DNA of 64,000 nt from Magallana gigas. Lineage: Eukaryota. Made by a program: the position numbers and the translations under genes. Below are positions 40,233 through 52,646 of the stretch, piece by piece (the stretch's first letter is position 1; every line of letters begins with the position of its first letter). Below the pieces are notes generated by a model. It worked only from the letters and a program-made list of their open reading frames with translations. It was not told the DNA's origin and searched no databases. Where the stretch lies: positions 3,038,001 to 3,102,000 of the forward strand of contig NC_088860.1 in the NCBI RefSeq assembly GCF_963853765.1. Direction: 5' to 3'.

Positions 40233-41159
40233 GGCTAAGCAAACTACATCTTTGCAATGTCAAGGTTTGTGATTACACAACTCCACACAGTTTGTATGGA
40301 GTTCTATAATCACAAAATCATGACATTGTGAATATGAGCAAGGCAGGGTTTTATCTGATTTAAGATGTTCTTCAGGTTTTTAAAATAATTTCGCAATGAA
40401 TTTTTGTTGTCGTTATAGTTTTTCTTTTTTCTGGGTTGACGCCTGAACCCCATACAGGTCAGTGAACCACACAAAAGCCATGCTGTAGCATCATTGCCAA
40501 TGAATAATTTTGACTGACTCTTGCCCAATCAGATTGTAGAAGGCGAAGTTTAGACATTCACACATTCACCTCTCATGACTTGAATGAGAGAGAGACGAGG
40601 GAGAGTGAGAGTTGAGGAAGTAAATGTATCGATATGATTTAAACGTATTCATGCATGTACCTATATGAATAAATACTGAGGAGTTTAACATGCAGAATAA
40701 TTGTTGATGGCTGCATTTCTTTGATGCTGGCAAAGTGATCCAGCTATCTCTAATTTGGTTTTACTGCAAGGGTGTTTCAGCAATATGTCTTTGATGCCGG
40801 GGAAGCAATGGGGGTCTTGATTTAGTGAGCTGCTGACAAAAACAAGACTGTCACCAAGTGGGAAAAAGAACTGTGTTTTAAAACGAGCTCTATAACATTT
40901 TGCACTTTTATCTGTGCATTTCTCTGTGTTTAAACACTTTAGTCAATCTTGCTGTGATAAAAACTCAGAGACAGTCAAAGTTCCTTAATGTTAGTTCTTA
41001 AGCATAAGATAGATATAAGAACATACACATCACTTTATTTTATCATCGTAGGTCTGCGCCATTGTTGGAGGAACGTTCACCGTGGCCGGAATTCTGGATT
41101 CCTGTATCTTCACGGCGGCGGAAGTCTTCAGGAAGCTGGAGATAGGAAAGCTGAGCTGA
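35980..41159 (+). CDS. ERGIC1: ER-Golgi intermediate compartment protein 1 (ERGIC-32), 9 coding exons
   Basis: Exons 35980-35999 (MQFDIRR), 37428-37562, 37779-37870, 38223-38347, 39086-39199, 39427-39481, 39620-39720, 39901-40023, 41052-41159. Motifs: FDIYRKVPKDLTQPT, LDIQDDMGRHEVG, NKVPGNFHVSTHS, PAIWFRYDLSPITV, CAIVGGTFTVAGILDSCIFT. Confidence 0.96.
40184..40230. repeat. (GA)n microsatellite in an ERGIC1 intron
   Basis: Direct reading of the sequence. Confidence 0.95.
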
Positions 41160-42037
41160 TCAGCGCGATTCGTAGGTCTGAATTAACATTGTCTAGTCAG
41201 TGAGAGGTCAACAGCCGCCAAATCTCAACAGGTGCTTGTTGAACACGCATCATTCATTGTACATTAAGATTGGGAAAAAGCTCATGGGACTATATTTTAA
41301 AAAGTGTATGAGGGGAAAAGCTCATGGGACTATATTTTATGAAGTGTATGAATGTTTGATGTTGGAGCAATTTATACAGTACATTGTGTCCTTCAATATA
41401 TATGGTGCTTCTAGGTTATTTTATTATATAAGTGTCATAAAATCACCCATGGTATGTCTCTGGGTGTGAATATTTAAACATTTATCATGATAAAAAATAG
41501 TAGAACTCAGAACTTCCTGGAAGTTCTGTTCTTAGTTAAAATGATCATTTTGTTCTGTTTTTGTTTTGTAAATCTGAAAATCCATCTACACTGACAAATC
41601 AACTATCTAAACTGTGGGAATATTTGTATTAGGTTATTGGTTTTTTTGATCATGTTTTAGAGATTGTGAGGGCCATTTTGACCTCTAATTTACCTTGCCA
41701 AAATCTCGTAGTGAGTTTGTGATTATTTCTGGTGTGAAAGGCATATTGCGTGGAGATACGAAATAAATGAATTATGTTTTCAACAAAGTCTGAAACTTTA
41801 AGAGTCTGTAGGAATTATTGGCCTTTGTAAATAGAAGTAGTTTTATTGTTACATTATGTTAACGAGTGCAATGCTAGTAGTTTGTGTAATCTAGAGGTCA
41901 AGCTTGGTACTACTGCCATCATGTAGCAGAACTGGTGGCAGAATGTAATTTTTAAGATGTTAACATTCCAGTTTGCAAAGAAACGGTTGATATTTTTATG
42001 TTGAACATGTGTAAAGTGAGCTCCTTTAATTACGGTT

Positions 42038-42120
42038 TATCAATGTTTACATGATAAATACAGATATCAATGTGTACATGATAAATACAGATATCAATGT
42101 TTACATGATAAATACAGATA
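42038..42120. repeat. 27-bp tandem repeat x3 downstream of the ERGIC1 stop (likely 3' UTR)
   Basis: TATCAATGT(T/G)TACATGATAAATACAGA repeated three times. Confidence 0.9.
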
Positions 42121-43589
42121 GAATGGAAAATACTTTCACTTGGACCAAGATAAGAATATCAACATTTCTTGATTTTTATTCAGAGCTATTTTTATTAAGA
42201 TTTTTTATGTTTGTTATTTATTTTTGTACCTGGTATGGGAGATTTCTTTATGTTAACAATTTGTTTAATCATGTTGAGCTGTATTTGATGAGGCATGGGT
42301 TTCCATTCACAGTTTGTCTATCCCACTTTTGATCGCTGGATTTTTTTTAGCAATAGTAGAAGTTGTTGTTTTTGCGGTATTTCAGTTAGTCAGATTGATT
42401 CTTAAATAAAATCAATACACAAACACTCGAACATCCCAGGGTTGAGATTGAAAGAAATTCACAAATTAGGACTGAATCAGAAACACCCCTCACCTACCAT
42501 AAAAAAATTAAAACTGCAAAATATAATGAATGTTGGTTCAAATTTTAATAGTATCAATATTTATAACACTCTTAAGGTATTATAATAATATATACATTTA
42601 AATGCATGTGTTTATACTTGAAATTCTTTTTCTCATACACATTTAAAAGCTGTATTAAGAAACATGGGGAAATGTTACTGAACCAAGATGGTTTGTGTTA
42701 TGATCAACAGAACAATCTGTTCCAGCAATGATCCCTGATTGTCTCTTAATGAAATGAAGAGAGGAACTGTTTGAAAGAGAGAATGGTTTGTTTATGTGAG
42801 ACATTTTGGTAATTGTGTGGTGTGACAGATTCATCTGCTGTTAGTCTGTAAAAACAGATTGATATCAGGGTACTTTGTATGGAACAATTTAATTGATTTA
42901 TCCATTGTGAGAAACTTATGACTGTTGAAGATTGATGAAGACTTTATTTATTTTTACTTTGAGCTTGTTGTGAAAAGGACATGTATAAGTTCTAAATTAA
43001 AGTTAAACATATCAATTCACAGATCCAGCTAATGGGGATCAACACAAATTTCTTTTTGGATAATAATTGGAACAAGTAACAGGTCACTACAAAAGTTTCA
43101 ATAGAACAAAACCTTCCAAGGCATAGGAGAGGACCCAGTCTTGTTGTATACAAGAACAATGTGACAATTATTTATTCTTATCCCAGTGTTAAAATGTCTG
43201 CCAAAAAATGGGCCATTGAAAAATAAATGCCACAATCTTAATTAAAACTCTCAACAGAATCCCCAACGAACACATTTTACTTCATAGGCCCGTAAACATT
43301 ACAAGCTTCACAGCTTGGAACAGTACATACTCCTCAGACTGTCAGGGATTCTGAAGTTTTACTCAGTAAGACTGTGTAAAATGGTTACAATTTGTATATA
43401 CACGGTATTTGTTTAATATTTATACTTATTTGAAGTATTATTTTTAATTTTCAAAGCTTTTTGTGGGATAGGGACCAGTGTTGGATTAAAACTGACGTTT
43501 TGTTACATTAAACTTTATATTATACCATGATAAACGTTTTGTTTTTCTTTTAATGATGAAAAAAGAAGTGAAAGCATCAAAACATGGCT

Positions 43590-44585
43590 CTAAATTTGTT
43601 TGGAAGTGTTGTTGTTTAAACAGAGAATGTTACGATGCTTAGTGATCTTCTTTTTGAATGCGATATAGAAGAGACATATAACGAGGACATCGATTAATGA
43701 TATTGTGAGAATCGGGCCAAACGTACTCCAAAACGAGGGCGTCACCCGCGGGAGTCTAAACGTTTGACGGAATAGCATGTCCCAAATGACCCCATTCACG
43801 TGACTCTCGGAAGCCTGGATCATCAACAAATGGAACACCTGGTGACTGTTTCCAAGGAAATCAAACGTGCCTGGGAAAATACGCTCGGGAATCCTAGTCG
43901 TGAAAAAGAATCCCGTGGCGACCATGTGAAACATCTGATTGCCATGGTGATGAATCCCTACCGTGGTCTCTGAATTCAGCATTCGATTGGCAATAGGGAC
44001 AATGGACAGGAGGTACAACAGCCCCACCCCAATTACGGTTAGAAGGCCCCGGTGTTTGGAATGGGGCTCGTTCACGACTACCTTTGACGCGGCACCGCAC
44101 GTGCAGCAGAGGACCGACAAAAAGGTCCCCACGTGTAGGATCTGCCAAAATGAAGAAGTCTTCAATACATGTAGAAACACAGAATAGTGATAGTGACTAA
44201 GAATGGTGCCGAATCCATACAGACCAATACAAGCAAAGTCTATCATAAACATACAACAATTGACCTCCTTTGATTTGTGTGAGAACATGTGGGCAACACT
44301 GCTCGCCAGATAGGTAGCCAGGAAAGAAAGAGTTCCTGCAAGTAGCGGCCAGGTATGAGGATCCAGAAGGCCAAAGATGACGTAGATCTGGTATAGCCGT
44401 GACGTCATTACCAGCGATCCCACGAGATGCGTCCAGACGTTGAGGGTTTCCATGTTGTTGTAGAAAACGCTGTAGATGTAAAACGTCCATGGTTGTTGAG
44501 AGAAGCGGTAGCCGGACTCTACGTAAGGCACGTGGAAATAGGCGGGAACCTGGGATTTATGAAGGGTCTTCTTGTGCAGGACCAT
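43590..44585 (-). CDS. PAQR-family membrane progestin receptor-like protein, paralogue A (331 aa, single coding exon)
   Basis: Motifs VESGYR, NMETLNVWTH (ExxNxxxH), SSVAH and PERIFPGTFDFLGNSHQVFH, plus seven hydrophobic segments. The ATG directly follows an acceptor. A 5' UTR intron spans 44688-44586, and there is an in-frame stop upstream. Confidence 0.92.
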   Translation of the reverse strand: MVLHKKTLHKSQVPAYFHVPYVESGYRFSQQPWTFYIYSVFYNNMETLNVWTHLVGSLVMTSRLYQIYVIFGLLDPHTWPLLAGTLSFLATYLASSVAHMFSHKSKEVNCCMFMIDFACIGLYGFGTILSHYHYSVFLHVLKTSSFWQILHVGTFLSVLCCTCGAASKVVVNEPHSKHRGLLTVIGVGLLYLLSIVPIANRMLNSETTVGIHHHGNQMFHMVATGFFFTTRIPERIFPGTFDFLGNSHQVFHLLMIQASESHVNGVIWDMLFRQTFRLPRVTPSFWSTFGPILTISLIDVLVICLFYIAFKKKITKHRNILCLNNNTSKQI

Positions 44586-45690
44586 CTACAAACAGAAAAC
44601 AACCAAACTGCAAGTATTGCATTAATGGACCTTTTATGATATCGATGAATTTAGTATCGTAATGGTAATGTTTGTAAAGACATTTTACCTTTGAAGAATT
44701 GCAATGATTGAGTAGCCTCTGTCAGTGGGGGTTGGTAGCTGTTGTATGGTATGTAGATTATCACAGGGCTCCAGTACATACGGACACCGCTCTATGCAGT
44801 GGTTCTTCACCCCAAGTAGCCGGACTCTGACCTCTACCCCCGGGCTTCGTCGTGTATACTGTTACGTCACGGCCGCACTTGGCCAGAGACTGTTTTCTCT
44901 ACATCTTGGCAAATGTTCTGACCAACGTTCGCGTTAATACAGTGAATACGGGGAAAGGGTGTCCAATATTAGATAATTAAGGCTCCCGTTAAGTTGATGA
45001 CGACAACCGGAACATTTGGGATAGAAACGTATAGTACATTTGGTAGATGGTACATTTTGTGTCAAGTATTATTCTAAGGATCTGAAAACGAAACACTCCA
45101 TATCAGTTTCCCAAAACTTTGATTCTTTTTTGAATGATTGAAGACTTGTAGTCAAAAAATGTTTAAAATAAATTATTAGTTCAATAGATCATTCATAAAG
45201 AAACAACAGAGTCAACCTTTTATGTCGATTTTGCAACGTTTGTCAGCAGACTATCATTGGGACAATTTAACTGTTTATATATTTGCATCTTCCAGAGTCC
45301 TTGACTGTGATAACACCTTTCGAATGTAACATAGTCTAGTCCAATACATTTCACCAAAGAAGCAATATCGTTGTGTGCGGCGCAAGCGCGGTTTGTATAA
45401 TTGTACGAAATGAAATTAAGTCGATAATTTTAAATTTGATTAATTGTACAGTTTCTGAAAAATATACCAGTATAAACGTATTTAATAGGAAATCATTCTT
45501 TGAATATTTTGAGGCGATAATTGTTGTCGTGAAAGATACGCTTTTGAAATTTGTAAATACTGACTGTAAATACATGTATTGTGGTTCCAATGGAATATGT
45601 GTGTTTTGATAAGGTTGATTGTGTTCTTTTTGGTATTATTTATATTATAAATATATTATATATAAATATTCCTCTCCAGATTGTTTTTAA

Positions 45691-45934
45691 GAGGACTCGA
45701 TGGTCGTGGCCATTTTTAGACTATTTTAATCTCCTTACGAAGAATAATTCGGTTTAAAGATATAGAAAAAGAATCTTATTTTAGAGTTGAAATATTTCTA
45801 ATTTTTGTTCTTTACCAAATGATAGTTTATGGCCAAAATTATCATAGTATGACTTATATGACATAATCTGACCTATACTATGACATAGATATTATGTCAA
45901 AGTTTAAGTCAGATCTATAGACCATTAAGCCTCC
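45691..45934. mobile_element. Short TTAA-flanked MITE
   Basis: TTAA|GAGGACTCGATGGTC ... GACCATTAAGCCTCC|TTAA. Second copy at 31882-32087. Confidence 0.7.
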
Positions 45935-45938
45935 TTAA

Positions 45939-46174
45939 AGGGACTTCGACACGATTTTAGATCAAAATTTTATTTTTTATTTTTTAGATATAAAATTGTT
46001 TACTTGCACGTTTTGAATGATTGACCAAAATTTTAATGTTATAATTTAAGTTATAAGAGAGAGATATATGTAAGAATTCATTGTTATGTAAACAAAGCTC
46101 GAGTCTTATATTTGTTTACAAATAGTGTAAAGTATATATGGCATTACCATTTCTTTGGCTGAATAACTCGTATT

Positions 46175-46213
<39 letters not shown>

Positions 46214-46241
46214 TACAACATAACAACGTTGTCATGTTGTA

Positions 46242-46272
<31 letters not shown>

Positions 46273-46500
46273 TAAATTTACAACATGACACTTATAACAA
46301 TAAAACACATGTAAACAATAACAAGGCTCGAGCTTTGTTTACAAAACAGAGAATTCCATACTCTGTATCTTGCTTATAACTTAATATCTGACTTTCAAAT
46401 TTTGATAAAGCATTAAAAAATACCCATATTAACCATTCTTAACAGTAAAACTGGGGGGAAATAATTTGAAATTTTGAGCTCAAATCGTGTCCAAGTCCCT
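45939..46500. mobile_element. Kolobok-like non-autonomous DNA transposon containing a 90-bp palindrome
   Basis: TTAA|AGGGACTTCGACACGATTT ... AAATCGTGTCCAAGTCCCT|TTAA. Internal similarity to 22575-23066. Confidence 0.85.
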
Positions 46501-47753
46501 TTAACTGTTTTAAAAAAATAGTGAAAATATCTGTTTGATAATGTTCAAAGTCTGTTCTTCCAAGAACAAATTTTAACAACCGCTCGATTGTAAACTCAAC
46601 TTTTTTTTTTTTATCTTTATGACTTCTTCTTTACATGTGATCCTTGACTGTTTTGTGTACATTTGTATATACTGAATTTGTACCTCCAATACCAGTGAAC
46701 TGGTCTTGAGTGAATAAAGAATTGAAAGTGGGCGACGATAAATGCACGAACTGGTAATTTAATTGATTGATTCCAATACTGCGTGATATAGAACTGTATC
46801 GGGCTAGTCCAGGTAGTTATCAGAATTATTTAATCGCGTAAATTATCCCAGAAAGATTAAGTATAAATGTAAATAAATTTTTGACGAGGAATTCGTGCCA
46901 TTCTCGGATATATAATTCCGGGGTAATTTGCCAAGGAAGTAAAATATTCCATACCTATGAAGCGGTGAATCGGATAGAAATGTTGTGGGTTCAAATGATG
47001 ATCAATAAAGTATGTGTAAGTAATTATGATAAATATTATTCATTACACGTTTAGACATATTTTTAATACGTAAATTACCCAAAAAGAAGAAGCACTCTTG
47101 AGTAACTGTTTAAATATTTAATCAACAAGTATAAAACTCCAACCCTTGGAATAGAACCGTATACATGTACAAGTAAAATCAGTCTGATATATTGCATTAC
47201 CCAAAAGATTATATATAGATCCATAAAATACGTATATAAAAGTAATAATAATTCGATGTGTGAAACCTCATAAATACGTAACATCACAAATCATCAACGT
47301 CAGTGAAAGACGCCATTACCCTTATAATCAAGGTTTGTCTTGATTTTGGCAAGTTGTTATTGGAATATGTTATATACTGTAGGAGAGAACATATACAAGC
47401 ATTTTGCCTGCTGTTCACTTCCATTCAGTGTCTTTATATATACTAAGATAAAGTATCTAAATGTTATTGGAATGTGCTCAGTTCATTAGCTTTGTTTAAA
47501 TAATTAACGGGCAAGAAAATGGTGCTTGTATGTATATAAAATCGTGATATATAAAGAAGTAAATGAATACACATTAACCGCCACAGCCTGTAACTAGGAA
47601 AATACAGAAACTAATTTGAGGACTTCTAAACTGCAGATCTTTCTACTTCAGAATATTACAGCCATGTCGGATTTCAGTTTGATCAATTTCTTCCTGTAAA
47701 GGGGAAGAATATGCAGCTCTTCTTAAGTCTTTAGAAAGATTGCAAACCACATA

Positions 47754-47881
47754 ACAAACGTACATACATTAAAACTATTACATTGGATGCCTGTATCTAT
47801 GCTAAAACGTCACTCGTACAAACGTACATACATTAAAACTATTGCATTGGATGCCTGTATCTATGCTAAAACGTCACTCGT
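47754..47881. repeat. 64-bp tandem duplication just downstream of the paralogue B stop
   Basis: ACAAACGTACATACATTAAAACTATT...CACTCGT twice, with one substitution. Confidence 0.9.
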
Positions 47882-47905
47882 GTCGACCTACTGATATAAT
47901 CTGGT

Positions 47906-50900
47906 TTAGTTATTATTCTCGTGTTTTTTACACATCGTCCGATCTTTAAAAGCGGAGTAAAAGTAATTTATTGTCACTAGATCCGCTATACATATAAGAA
48001 AGATGATTCCGAAAGTATTCCAGAGTGAGGGTGGAGGCCGAGGGACTACGAATGCCTGCCGGAACTTGATGTCCCAGACGACGCCGTCTAAGTGACTCAT
48101 AGTGCAGAGCACCAGCAGGATGTGAAAGATCTGATGACTGTTGCCGATAAAGTCAAAGGTCCCGGGGGACAGGCGCTCGGGGAGCTTGGTGGAGTAGAAA
48201 AAGCAGACGGCGATCATGCTGAACATTTGTTTTAGGTGGTGAACGATTCCGTCCGTCCACTCAGAATTCCAAACCCGGTGCATGATCGGAACATTGGACA
48301 GGATGTAAATTAAGCCTAATCCGGACACTATCAGCGCCGTCCGTCGTTTCGAATTGAGATCATGGACGATGGCTTTGGACATGGAGCCAAAGGCACAGCT
48401 AAGAACAGCCAGCACTGAACCGAAGTAGAAAACGTTTCTCAGTAGAACTGAATCAAGGAAATATTGGTCCAGTGAATAATAATAGTGCGTTAATATCGTG
48501 CCGTAACCATAGAGACCAATGCATGCAAAGTCGGCCATAAACATACAGCAGTTCACCGCCATGGACTTGTGAGAAAACATGTGAGCAGCGCTACTAGTCA
48601 CAAACATTGCCATGAAAGACAGAACGGCCGCTAAAAGGGGCCATGTGTAGGGGTCTCGGAGGTCAAAGGTTATGTAGATCTGGTACAGCCGTGACGTCAT
48701 CACCAGCGATCCCACGACGTGCGTCCATACGTTGAGGGTTTCCATGTTGTTGTAGAAAACGCTGTAGATGTAAAACGTCCATGGTTGTTGAGAGTAGCGG
48801 TAGCCGGACTCTACGTAAGGCACGTGGAAATAGGCGGGAACCTGGGATTTATGAAGTGTCTTCTTGTAAAGCTCCGCCTGAAATTTAAAGTAATCTTTGC
48901 AATGAGTTCCGTTTATATCTGTATAGTTTTAATATAATAAACCCATTTACAGTTGATCGTTAATCTTGTTCAGACGGAGATATATGTCAACCAAACTGTT
49001 AAAATTAGAATTTAATGTATCTTTGTCTAAAAGATGGAAATAAAACCCATTGTTTTATAATATAAGTGCCAATCTGTGGCCATCAGAGAGAATCTTTTTT
49101 GCTTAAGGTGCATAGCAGTCATAATGATAAAGAGATCAGAAAAGCAAAGCTATGTGTAGCTTAGTGCCCTCAGTACTTTGATTTTTAACACCTATACACA
49201 TTGAGCAAAAGAATAAATATTCTTCTGTCTATTAAATATCTGCCAATTATATGCAATTATATACGAATCCCAATTACATGGACACAATCATGAAAAGTTA
49301 CGATCATTTCTTCTTGAAAAGACCATTTTAACCTAAATGTTCAAAAAGATTCAATGGATGAAACATGTCTTTATATTCTTAGCACCCAACAACAGTCGTA
49401 AAGATCGATCAAAATACAAGTAATAGCATTAAAAATTGTTTGTTGAATTCACTCTCAATTTTACATGTATTGGATGAGAATTATGTCAGTTTCTTTGTCA
49501 TGCATAAAAAATAAGGAAAAATTATTCCTGTTTTTTAAGTAATTTATTTTAAACGTGTATTTTACAAGCTTGCCTTATACCATGTAAAGAATTGAGCCAA
49601 TTATTTCCGTATGGGAAGAATATAAGTATTGAAGCGCTTCGTGAAAACACCAGAATGGCGTAGATCTGGTTTTTACCGTTAATTAGCATTACAATAAATT
49701 TGTAAATAAACGTCCTAAACGAATAATTCTCCAATGCATCCCTCCAGTCATTACTCTATGGCTGAGTTTAGAAAACAAGTGAATGACCACATTAATTTAC
49801 GTTTACAGCGTAAAACGGATAATTACGTTTATAAACTCAACCGAGAGAAACCCATCTAAGCCAATCAAAATAAATGACATAATTAAGTAAATTTACAGAT
49901 AGAGAAGCAGTCCACACAAGGATGCGAGAAGTCCCAATAACTACCGTGTAATGCCAGGCAATAAGTGGATGTCATTTAACGTAATAATACATGTACATGA
50001 ATAGTTACAACACGAGGAAATAAGGGCTAGGATAAAGACGGGACATCGGTCTTGTTTCATTTCACCGAGTCGCTGAATATTATTAATATTTTTTGAATAT
50101 TATGAATTAATAAAATTTGAGGCCAAAAATGATAAGATTTATTAAAAAAAAAATCATTTGTTATTTTCCGTGTTTTCCCAGCGGTACACACGCAAACAAT
50201 TTAAAACACATTTAAATGTTCCTGCTTATTTGAGATCCTTGAATAAATTAAAAAGACAAATAAACATCGGGACGTGTTGTTATTGTGATGTAATAAGTTG
50301 CAATTATACTGTGTAAAAGGTATTGGGTATATTCCCTGGGGGAATAACACCAGTCTTTCTATCGAATGGATTGCGCAATCTATGTTTACATTCTTACATG
50401 TTACACGTACCGTACCAAGCTATGGTCACATAATAACACAGTAAGCACAGCAATGTACCGATATGTATATATGTAAAAGATGTGAAAGGTCGAGAAAAAA
50501 TGTCCTTTATGCGACCACTGTCGTGCTGGCAGTACCACGTTTGTACGCGGTCTTTGCACATTTCGTTAGTCCATCAACGGGTCTGGCTCGTCTACCCGTA
50601 TAGTGTAATCCAAATATGCAACAGGTAAATGGTACATTAAAGTCCCTTGACAAAACATACATGCACGTATTCTAGTGTTTATTACAGATCGTAGTGTACC
50701 CATGGAATATCCCGCCTACATAATTGAAAGATCTACCCCCGACCTAGGCTGTCTACAATGTCACACCCCAGGACGACAGACGGACTGACAGAAACTGAAT
50801 TCAGGGACCGCTATACAAGTCCCGGCTAAATTCCTATCATTCCTGACACAAAACACACACAACGCCGCATGCGACAAACCAACTGTGACAGAGAGAGGAA

Positions 50901-50948
50901 AATATCAACGAAAAAAAGCGAGAAATGAAGGTGTTCCCTACCTACCAT
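47906..50948 (-). CDS. PAQR-family membrane progestin receptor-like protein, paralogue B (~324 aa)
   Basis: Main exon 48877-47906 (972 nt, acceptor TTTCAG, begins AELYKKTLHKSQVP). The start ATG is predicted as the last 3 nt of an upstream exon (50948-50946, ATG|GTAGGT). Motifs ETLNVWTH, SSAAH and PERLSPGTFDFIGNSHQIFH. Confidence 0.88.
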
Positions 50949-51290
50949 GAAACCGAAGAACGGGCACCTGTTCACACCTGGCAACGCTGGTCTTTAAAAA
51001 GCCGGTGGGAACGGCGTACAGGCAGTGCTTTTATTCATATACATGCTATACACGGTGTGGTGATACATTTCCCCAGGCCCCGACGTAACCTTCGAACTTC
51101 CTCTTAGGTGCGGATGTGTGAATTCTGTTGGTGATCGATCTATACTGTACGGGTGTAACGCACATAATTCCGTGTATAGGCATATTGCATATTGATAAGA
51201 CTACGTTAATCAGGGGCGCGGATCTAGTGAACGGATCAGGTTGTGTCCCTTCTTTAATGAAAATTAAAAGATTAATACATACATGCACTT

Positions 51291-52260
51291 CATTTGCGGA
51301 TCCAGGGGGGGGGGGGGGGGGTTCCGGGGGTCGGAACCCCCCCCCCCTTTCTCTGGGGCATATGATTTTTTTTGGAAAACTTGTAATGCCTATTTAAAGG
51401 CAATTTTTCCCATTTATACTATAAATACTTTAAATATCTCAAATAAATGCTTTTAAAATTGCTCATTTAAAGAATTTCTTATGCGGGTTATGCTATTTTT
51501 CTGGAATGCTAGCTACCTTCATACCTGAATCACAAACGAAGCCATTTTTTTTTTTGGTTTTGTTTCCAAGAATTGCAAATTACGTTACAAAAATACCGCG
51601 TAAGAGGTTTATATGTAAACCATTATGTAAATGCAAAACTTCAAAACTTTCTTGAATATGATCGCATCTGTACTAGTGCCGGGTGATGTTGGGCACCCAT
51701 TACAGAGGTCACATCAAGTTCCCTGGGACGACTATTGCTTGTGCCATTGTATTACACATGTACAATCTATTCAGCAGATAAAGTATCCCCATTTTTTGTC
51801 ATATCCTATCATTTAGATCTTTATTTAAGAAGGCAATCAATAGAAATCAAAATCGATAAATAATTCAGAATTTAATCAAAGACATAAAAAAATTACCAAA
51901 AAATTCATTTTTATGATAGCTTGTCGTAATAAGTCTGAATTACTTTTTTTGTTTTTTTAGTGTTTCTTTCTATTAAGCATAGACGCACGTTCTCATTGCT
52001 GAAGACTTGGTTTTTTTCTACGGCTAGAAATTGTGCAAATCTTCCTTACCTAACCCAAAACGCTTAATAAATGCTGTGCACTCTGATATTAAAATAGGTA
52101 TAAAATACATGTAGATATTGACGAGATTACTGTTAATTGAATTTACGCACAGAAAACGTTCAAAAGGCCTTGTTTATTGACAAATAATGAATTTTGCACG
52201 TATTGATTATCATCAATTGGAACCCCCCCCCCCTTTTCCAAATCGCTGGATCCGCCTCTG
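51291..52260. mobile_element. Non-autonomous DNA element with CA...TG ends and 5-bp TSD CACTT
   Basis: CACTT|CATTTGCGGATCCAG ... CTGGATCCGCCTCTG|CACTT, with G/C homopolymer subterminal tracts. Confidence 0.65.
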
Positions 52261-52277
52261 CACTTGTACAATCTTCA

Positions 52278-52312
<35 letters not shown>

Positions 52313-52329
52313 GAAATTGAAAAATTGTA

Positions 52330-52600
52330 CACTTACTTGTTGAACAAACCAGGAGAAAAAGAAAAGAATTTCTGCCAGAGTTCGTTTGTACCAAGATTTT
52401 GGGTAGTTTGAGAAAGAAAGGAGGAGAGAGAGATAGAAAGATAGAGAGAGAGAGAGAGAGAAGCACTTTTTAGTTCAACCAGCGAAAGAAAAAAAAATTC
52501 CTCCAGAGACTGATCAGTTAAAGAGAGAGAGAGAGAGGAGGGAGGAAGGGCACTTTTTAATTCAACCAGCGGAAGAAAAAAACAAACTTCCGCCAGAGTT

Positions 52601-52646
<46 letters not shown>
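52330..52646. repeat. Composite (GA)n microsatellite region with a duplicated ~120-bp spacer
   Basis: GCACTTTTTA(G/A)TTCAACCAGCG(A/G)AAGAAAAAAA occurs twice between GA runs. Confidence 0.8.

Noticed and set aside
1617-41159. Ancient conserved synteny of XPNPEP1, HOPX, ANKRD55 and ERGIC1 with a vertebrate paralogon
   Set aside because: The recalled human locations do not clearly belong to one paralogon, and this cannot be tested without a synteny analysis.
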